Origin: a virus
Taxonomy: Duplodnaviria; Heunggongvirae; Uroviricota; Caudoviricetes
Virus record (IMG/VR): IMGVR_UViG_3300043433_000105
Span: 1 to 64,000 of that record
Direction: 5' to 3' (one strand)
Length of the DNA: 64,000 bases
Below are positions 57,801-64,000 of the stretch, in pieces (within the stretch, counting starts at the first letter, position 1; every line of letters starts with the position of its first letter). The notes under the pieces are model-generated. The model saw only the letters and a program-made list of their open reading frames with translations, was not told the DNA's origin and did no database searches. The translations under genes and the position numbers were made by a program.

Positions 57801-57870
57801 ACATGTACTCCAAAAGGTTATACATGTATTTAATGATTTCTGAATTTCACCAGTGCGTCTACCTATTTCG

Positions 57871-57900
57871 CCACTCTCGCATAACTTGATTATAGCACAG
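57871..57900 (-). promoter_or_regulatory. promoter cassette fused to a tRNA-Leu 5' fragment
   Basis: GCGAGAGTGGCGAAATAGGTAGACGCACTGG (copy of the 5' half of the tRNA at 50617-50698) directly upstream of TTGATTATAGCACAG. Confidence 0.4.
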
Positions 57901-58311
57901 TTTTACAACGAATCAACAAACTTCCAAACTTTATAGAACCAAGAATTCTTAAAACGTTGATCTTCATAGATCACATCCGCAGCTTCAGCAAGAAGAGGTG
58001 ATAATCGGTCTAACTGTTTTACATGACCCATTTCATAAAGTCTTCTGCGAACATCTGCTGCTGCGCGAAGTCTAAGAACTAACTGAAATTTATTATCCAT
58101 TAGTTACTCAACTCATACTTAATGATATGGTAACTCTGGTTTTGCGGCGTTGATGTTTCAGTTGGCTGCATAGCAAAAATAAATTTAACATCTTTTTGAG
58201 ATTGTTTAATTAAACCAGGTACGTTACCAAATGTGTCAACAGATTCTTTTTCAATGTTTCTGCTGTGACCAGCATATGATTTTCTAAACTTTTGAATAAT
58301 TTCTTCAATTT

Positions 58312-58626
58312 TCATTTCACTCGCCTCATTTTAAAAATTTCCATGTCGTAATCACTCTCACCCCAGTAGTCTTGATAATGAGAAAATTCAACATGAGCAA
58401 AGTATCGCCTACGTTCACCCACCTTCATTTTTCTGAAGATGTAATTGAATCCAAACTGTGACATTAAACCAACACAATCACTCGCCCATTCTCGATAGTA
58501 AATGCTGCGTTCAAGATCATTAGGTTGACGACAATAAAACATGCGATATTCAAATGGAACCCATTGAGAATCGAATCGTTCTACAGTAAAACCAATTCGA
58601 GAAATTTGTGATGTTACGAGTGTCAT
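58312..58626 (-). CDS. hypothetical protein
   Basis: 104-aa ORF. Confidence 0.3.
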   Translation of the reverse strand: MTLVTSQISRIGFTVERFDSQWVPFEYRMFYCRQPNDLERSIYYREWASDCVGLMSQFGFNYIFRKMKVGERRRYFAHVEFSHYQDYWGESDYDMEIFKMRRVK

Positions 58627-58763
58627 ATTAATTCCATAATTATTAGTGACGGTGATGTGTCCGTCTTGACCCTTTCGTGGTCAACATTCAACTAGTTCAC
58701 GCTTTCTCTTATTTTACATCGTGTCCGGTTACGATGCTCTTCCCACCCTAGGAAACTTAGGTA

Positions 58764-59114
58764 TTACATCTTTTCAGTCTTATTGATAAACTCAAAAAGG
58801 TCTGTTAGTGTAAATTCGGTATTTTCAACTTCGTTGCCATGTTCGTCAAAAATGTAAACACCAGTTGCACTGTTAATAATTTGACACCCCAACTCGGCAG
58901 CAGCAACTGCCGCTTCAAAGGCATCATCAAAAACACCAATGTCAGTCTCAAGAATAACACCTTGATTTACTTTTTCACCATCAAATGAAATCAAAACAAG
59001 TGTTGGGCTGTACATTACAACAAGTGTATCACTTTCATCGTAATGCGGAAATTGATTTAAGTTAATATCAAAAGACGTTGGTGCAAAATAATCAAATGGT
59101 TGAATAGCCTTCAT
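58764..59114 (-). CDS. hypothetical acidic protein
   Basis: 116-aa ORF. Confidence 0.3.
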   Translation of the reverse strand: MKAIQPFDYFAPTSFDINLNQFPHYDESDTLVVMYSPTLVLISFDGEKVNQGVILETDIGVFDDAFEAAVAAAELGCQIINSATGVYIFDEHGNEVENTEFTLTDLFEFINKTEKM

Positions 59115-59117
59115 AAA

Positions 59118-59795
59118 TTAATCTTCCCACTTGCTAGATTTTTCGTTGGCAACATACAGTGTGTATGTCTTACCAGTGTTTGCAAAACGAGCAATGCGCT
59201 TTGTAGACAGTGATACTTCATAGTTACCACTCATCAATTTAATGTTTTCCAAACGAATGTCAACCGCAAAATTACGATCAGTTTCCCCAACATCAACACT
59301 AAATGTATTGAACGAGGTGGATGGATTACCGTCTTTATCCAGAGTCAACAATGTGCATGTGATCTTGCTACCGTCGCCACCGATGCGCAGCATTTCAGAA
59401 CCCAACACAGCGCCTGCCTTCAACAGTGACTTCAGGTTTTCTTCAGTCAAAGTAAATGTTGCGTCAAAACTTGGCTCTGGCAATTTCTTATCTGGGAATG
59501 CCAAAATCTCAGGCGCAGCATATCGATATTCTACACGATTTTTACCTTGGCTAATGGTCAAAGAAGACTCACCAAATTCCAGTTCTGGTTCGCTAAACAA
59601 GCTAATCACGCCAAGCAATTGAGACAGGTCATAGATACCAAAGGATTTTGGAAACTCGTCTTCAATAGTAGCACCCGCATACATGTTACGCTCGACAGTA
59701 CGAGTATGAATGTAGTTACCCGCTTCAATCATCACGTTACGATTAATGGAGGAAAAGTTCTTCAAAATTTCCATGGTTTGTTTGCTAATCTTCAT
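59118..59795 (-). CDS. 45: sliding clamp gp45
   Basis: Co-linear with T4 gp45 (MKISKQTMEILKNFSSINRNVMIEAGNYIHTR vs MKLSKDTTALLKNFATINSGIMLKSGQFIMTR; YDLSQLLGVISLF). Confidence 0.8.
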   Translation of the reverse strand: MKISKQTMEILKNFSSINRNVMIEAGNYIHTRTVERNMYAGATIEDEFPKSFGIYDLSQLLGVISLFSEPELEFGESSLTISQGKNRVEYRYAAPEILAFPDKKLPEPSFDATFTLTEENLKSLLKAGAVLGSEMLRIGGDGSKITCTLLTLDKDGNPSTSFNTFSVDVGETDRNFAVDIRLENIKLMSGNYEVSLSTKRIARFANTGKTYTLYVANEKSSKWED

Positions 59796-59842
59796 TGTTA
59801 TTCACTTTCTCTAGGGTTAAAATAATAAGTTTACTATGAGTT

Positions 59843-60232
59843 TTAAATTTTACAACCGTACCACTCATCAGCATAATGTACGGCGGCAGCAATCATGTTT
59901 TTGTAAAATCCTTCGGAGTATGTCAACTGCCTCATCTGTTTGATAAAGTCTGTTTTCATCGCGATCAACTCAGTTAATGTGTACCTGCGCGTCTCACACA
60001 TCTCCTGCATCATTCCAATGTCACCAGATCGGCGCAGATAATCTGTACCACCATCGACACTTACAGAGCCACACCCACAGGCGCGGAAATCATGTCGGTG
60101 GGTTGATTCAACAACATCACCGCAAGACTTGCATTTAACGGCATTCCTAACAATCTTATAGAAGTGCCGTTTATAAGTCTCAAGATGCTCCATTGATTTG
60201 TTTAATCCAAAGTATTTGGTCGTGACAATCAT
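59843..60232 (-). CDS. hypothetical Cys-containing protein
   Basis: 129 aa with CKSCGD...CGCG. Confidence 0.35.
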   Translation of the reverse strand: MIVTTKYFGLNKSMEHLETYKRHFYKIVRNAVKCKSCGDVVESTHRHDFRACGCGSVSVDGGTDYLRRSGDIGMMQEMCETRRYTLTELIAMKTDFIKQMRQLTYSEGFYKNMIAAAVHYADEWYGCKI

Positions 60233-60710
60233 CTAACGCATTGTGATGTGTACCTGTGCGTTTAGCTGTTTTTGTGTCAAAACCGGCAGCTTTATAAATG
60301 GTTCGGCAATCCATCTGATTCCAATAGAACCACATCAATTCATTTTCAGTCAACCGCAACATATTTTTTATTGGTGGAAAGTCAAAGTCGATACCATTTG
60401 ACCAAACCTGTACATCAAATTTGTTGGTGTTGATCCGCATGAATTCGGTAAACTGGTCAGCAGCTTCTTTGACAGCGACACCATTTTTAATCCAAGCGCG
60501 TACCGCTTCGGGTTTTTGTTTTCGCCACCAATCAAGTGTATCCTGTGTGATTGACATTGCGTACTGTTTACTATCACGTGGATCAATGTTGATATAAAAG
60601 TCTGCAGTATCATTGTTATGCATATTGAATGCAACTGCACCAATTGACACTATCGCAGCATCTGGAAACGTACTAAGCGTCTCCAGATCAATCATTACAT
60701 TGTCAAACAT
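60180..60710 (-). CDS. dexA: DEDDh 3'-5' exonuclease (DexA-like)
   Basis: IDLETLS (Exo I), NGIDFDFP (Exo II), HNALDD (Exo III). Confidence 0.7.
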   Translation of the reverse strand: MFDNVMIDLETLSTFPDAAIVSIGAVAFNMHNNDTADFYINIDPRDSKQYAMSITQDTLDWWRKQKPEAVRAWIKNGVAVKEAADQFTEFMRINTNKFDVQVWSNGIDFDFPPIKNMLRLTENELMWFYWNQMDCRTIYKAAGFDTKTAKRTGTHHNALDDCHDQILWIKQINGAS

Positions 60711-61119
60711 TTTCTTTTTGCATTTCTTGCCAACGCACCAGAGAGTCGATAGACTCTTGAATATCTTTACTCACATCTTTTCCAGCACCGCGCCCACCGG
60801 CTACCAACAGCTTCTTAACCGCATGCTGAATGCATGGATCAGTGACATTAAAAAGTGACAACACACGATACACATCAATATATTTCAGTTTTGAAACATC
60901 CTTGAAGTAATGATTATGTGCGCGTTTATCTTCTGATGGTTTAATAGAAATTACGTTATCAACCCATCCATTAGTAAGTGCTGGTACTGAAACTGTACCA
61001 TCACGCGACGGAATATATTCTCGCGTACTAATACTGCCAGCACTAATGCTAGGAACTACACCAGTTGGGTATGCGGGTGCGGGTGGTAATTCATCAAACA
61101 TACTATTACTCATATTCAT
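60703..61119 (-). CDS. hypothetical protein
   Basis: 138-aa ORF. Confidence 0.35.
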   Translation of the reverse strand: MNMSNSMFDELPPAPAYPTGVVPSISAGSISTREYIPSRDGTVSVPALTNGWVDNVISIKPSEDKRAHNHYFKDVSKLKYIDVYRVLSLFNVTDPCIQHAVKKLLVAGGRGAGKDVSKDIQESIDSLVRWQEMQKENV

Positions 61120-62786
61120 TTTCCTTTACTTAAAACCTTGTAGTGATTTTTCCACAAGTTAGATTTACCGTTAAACAATTTCTCAATAGCTGTATCGAGC
61201 ATATAAGTATCAGCCCTGTCAGTTGGTGAGCGTACACTACGCCCAATACCTTGCAGAATCTTCAAGAGCGTCATTTCTTGATACACTATAGGATAGTTAT
61301 CACAAATGTACTTAATTCGCTTGTCGCCAAGTGATGCATAGGGCGCTTTAAGCAAGATTTGATATTCCGACTCAGCAATATCAAACCCTTCCCAAATGCT
61401 AGGCGAAACTAGCAATGCTCCACCTTTATAATCTTTGAATTCACGGATCAACTCGGGTAATTTCTTACCACCCGACACATGCTCAAATACTTTAACACCC
61501 TTCAGATTTTTTGCAACTGCATTGCCTAGATAGAATGATGGTGCAATCAATAGCCCCTTGTCGTCAGAGTGTCGCTCAGTGATCTTTTGCACCATTGTGC
61601 GCAAGTCAGTAAGTACACTAGGGTCTTTCAATGTGTTGTAATTGAGAGCGTTTTTACCCACAAAGAAAATAGGTTTATTCTCTGGTGGAAACACCGGATC
61701 AAGCATGATAAACGCGCTCGAATCTTTGTCAAGACCAAGAATATTCCACGCGATATTTTCAGTGATCGTGGCAGACATAAACAAGTTCTTTTCACCCAAA
61801 CATGCTTCAATAGAATCAGACACAAAAATAGTCTTAATCGCGGCACAATTTGGCGCAGTGTTATCAAACACATGTTCATACTCTCCATCAATCAAAAATT
61901 TGATCCGCTGGAAGTTGTTTTCGTACTTTTTTGCCATCTTTGCATACTTCATAGCAAGCACCTTGTCATGATCCTTGATCAGACTAGCCTGTGATGTGAG
62001 TGTCGATGACGCGCTCTCATAAATTTGACCAAGCACCTGGATAATCTGCTCATAGCTCGACTCATGCACTTCGTTGTTTTCAAGTTTTTTCTTGAGCATG
62101 GCTAGGCCTGCAGCCTCATCATTACAACGGTCATTGACATTACTCAACTCGTCAATGTACTTAGACAGCAATTCAGTTGTGATAAGGATTTCAGTAAAGC
62201 TGGTATATGCATCGTTGAATGTATGTGCTTCATCAAAGATGTGCAGCTTACGAGTTTCTAAATGACCAGAATTTAAACTGGCAGTCAAAAAGTAAGAAAA
62301 ATTGGTGATAAGGTTGTCGGTCTTATTGACCATCTTTTTTGCATGGTCAAACTCACACCCTTTGCAATACTTACCCACTTCCATTTCATGGAGCAAAGGC
62401 TTGCAGCACTCTTCACCTGTTGCAGATGTTGCACTAGGCTGCGCTTCCATAAAGGCACATGTGTAATTTGAAGCACCTTTAATCTGAAAAAACTTGTGAT
62501 GATCAAGATGCCCGAAAGACTCCGCATACTGTTTGGCTAGACCATTCGTACCCATCAAAATAATGGATGAAAGCCCAGGAGGTTTTTCCGATAGTGAATC
62601 AACACACCCCGCAATCACTGCACCCAAGATCGATTTACCGATACCTGTAGGTGCGTTTAAGACTACGTTCTGTTTTTTGTTATCAAAAAATTCAACGAGA
62701 ACCTGATTGATAATCTCTGTTTGATTACCACGTGGTTCCCGTTGAATATTCTTAAAAACACTTTCGATTAAAGTTTGATACTTCAA
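61116..62786 (-). CDS. SF2 Fe-S helicase (XPD/DinG/Rad3-like)
   Basis: Walker A APTGIGKS, DEAH-like FDEAHTF, four-Cys cluster between motifs I and II (CAFME...CCKP...CKGCEF). Confidence 0.6.
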   Translation of the reverse strand: MKYQTLIESVFKNIQREPRGNQTEIINQVLVEFFDNKKQNVVLNAPTGIGKSILGAVIAGCVDSLSEKPPGLSSIILMGTNGLAKQYAESFGHLDHHKFFQIKGASNYTCAFMEAQPSATSATGEECCKPLLHEMEVGKYCKGCEFDHAKKMVNKTDNLITNFSYFLTASLNSGHLETRKLHIFDEAHTFNDAYTSFTEILITTELLSKYIDELSNVNDRCNDEAAGLAMLKKKLENNEVHESSYEQIIQVLGQIYESASSTLTSQASLIKDHDKVLAMKYAKMAKKYENNFQRIKFLIDGEYEHVFDNTAPNCAAIKTIFVSDSIEACLGEKNLFMSATITENIAWNILGLDKDSSAFIMLDPVFPPENKPIFFVGKNALNYNTLKDPSVLTDLRTMVQKITERHSDDKGLLIAPSFYLGNAVAKNLKGVKVFEHVSGGKKLPELIREFKDYKGGALLVSPSIWEGFDIAESEYQILLKAPYASLGDKRIKYICDNYPIVYQEMTLLKILQGIGRSVRSPTDRADTYMLDTAIEKLFNGKSNLWKNHYKVLSKGK

Positions 62787-62838
62787 GTTTCATTAAACGC
62801 CCGTTAGAGCGTTTTCCATAATTATTAAGGGGTTGGTA

Positions 62839-63513
62839 TCAGTCTGACTCAAAAACCGCTTCTGGGGCTGGTTTGGCCTTTTTACGGCTTGGTTTCTTTG
62901 CGTTCTTTTGCTCGTTATGCTTCATACGATTTTCAACACGTTTGGCAATCTGTTTTGCACTGAACCAGAACTCACGCCCTGTTTTCAACTCTTTCAGTTC
63001 AGACTCAGTTAAGAATCCACCATAAACTTCATCAAACAAAACGCCAAGCTGAGACACCGAAAAGTCTGCATGGTGTTTTACGTTGTGCGCAAAACCACCA
63101 GACCCAAACGATGCAGAATGAACCATCATATTCGCAGCATCAGTAATCATGATTTCATTACATGATAGTGTGATAATACTTGCTGCAGAGTGACATTCAC
63201 CCACAACAATAGCTCTCACGTTTGCCTGACTTGCTTTGATTGCTTCGATGATAGCCAAAGCAGTATACAAATATCCGCCACCGTTATTGATAAACAAATT
63301 GAATTCATCATGTGGGCCAGCAGCACACAGAGCATCAATCAAATCACGATATTTTTTTGCTTCACCGATATGTTCATCCAAGTATACACGATAATTTGTC
63401 AGTGTATGACGGGATGCACGAATCATTGATGATTGTGAGGCTCCGATTTGAATCATTTCCATTTCATCGTCACCATCATCACTACGACTGCGGCGCATTA
63501 GAGTATTTTCCAT
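62839..63513 (-). CDS. ClpP/S49-family serine protease-like protein
   Basis: INNGGGYLYTALAI, GECHSAAS nucleophile region, MMVHSASFG. Confidence 0.5.
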   Translation of the reverse strand: MENTLMRRSRSDDGDDEMEMIQIGASQSSMIRASRHTLTNYRVYLDEHIGEAKKYRDLIDALCAAGPHDEFNLFINNGGGYLYTALAIIEAIKASQANVRAIVVGECHSAASIITLSCNEIMITDAANMMVHSASFGSGGFAHNVKHHADFSVSQLGVLFDEVYGGFLTESELKELKTGREFWFSAKQIAKRVENRMKHNEQKNAKKPSRKKAKPAPEAVFESD

Positions 63514-63887
63514 AAATCAGTTCCTTCTTCTGTTAGTTGTTTTTGATAGAGTATCACAACAGATTTAACACCGATTTTCTTAGCAAAATCAATAGTAGAT
63601 TTTGTGCCTTTTGAAACACCATCCCAAAAGGCATAAACGATATCAGAGGCATTTACAATGTCTTTGTTACGCTTAAACCCAGCAGAATTGTCATATACAC
63701 CATTTTTATACCAAACAGGTATAAACTCTAAAAGTGGTATATTATTTTCGTTTGCGTATCTAGCGCCTAGAATGTCAGCACCGATAGCACCACCCGAAAC
63801 AATTTGTGTTATTTCAAGTGGTGCTAAAGTTTTGCTAAGTAGATCGTAATCGCTAAATCCGCGACTTCCGACTACAGCGACTCGCAT
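63498..63887 (-). CDS. SLOG/DUF2493-family protein (Rossmann-like, LOG/DprA-related)
   Basis: VVGSRGF...VSGGAIGADILGARYA...YAFWDG pattern. Confidence 0.5.
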   Translation of the reverse strand: MRVAVVGSRGFSDYDLLSKTLAPLEITQIVSGGAIGADILGARYANENNIPLLEFIPVWYKNGVYDNSAGFKRNKDIVNASDIVYAFWDGVSKGTKSTIDFAKKIGVKSVVILYQKQLTEEGTDLWKIL

Positions 63888-64000
63888 TAGACAGTTTGAT
63901 ACTTACGACGAATAGAGTCAACAAACACTACACGGTGGCTAATCATGTCACGATGACCATCACCCTTCAAATTCACCACAGCAGCTTTGTCGTTACCCAC

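Noticed and set aside
1-64000. CRISPR arrays, integrase/att sites, IS elements
   Set aside because: No regularly spaced direct repeats, no tyrosine or serine recombinase motifs, and no IS-type transposase ORFs found. The only mobile elements seen are homing-endonuclease genes.

Overview
This window is T4-like (Tevenvirinae-type) myovirus DNA with a core replication/recombination module that is heavily invaded by accessory DNA. The conserved genes I can support are dCMP deaminase, gp32 ssDNA-binding protein, terminase large subunit, a minus-strand block of tail-fibre/baseplate-like genes ending in a PAAR spike tip, gp41 helicase, UvsX, RegA, clamp loader gp62/gp44, gp45 clamp and a DexA-like exonuclease. 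The DNA polymerase is split into two ORFs around a 1.5-kb insertion that carries an opposite-strand HNH ORF. Two GIY-YIG (Seg-like) homing-endonuclease genes sit on the plus strand between minus-strand replication genes. A roughly 26-kb hyperplastic region (about 33–59 kb) lies between gp44 and gp45. It holds many small early-type ORFs, each preceded by a near-identical 35–40 bp promoter/leader cassette. It also holds at least 15 canonical tRNAs on the minus strand plus several non-canonical tRNA-like RNAs and tRNA fragments. Three paralogous zinc-finger HNH genes are in this region (one frameshifted, one truncated), as are a class-II CCA-adding enzyme, an ATP-grasp/nucleoside-deoxyribosyltransferase-like pair and a DUF4326-like protein. 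A YbiA/NADAR-family protein lies within the replication module, between gp44 and gp62. Together with the DUF4326-like protein this suggests ADP-ribose/DarT-type counter-defence; this is inference, not tested. All calls come from reading the supplied translations and the nucleotide sequence by eye. No database searches were run and tRNA folds were done by hand, so tRNA coordinates may be off by 1–2 nt.
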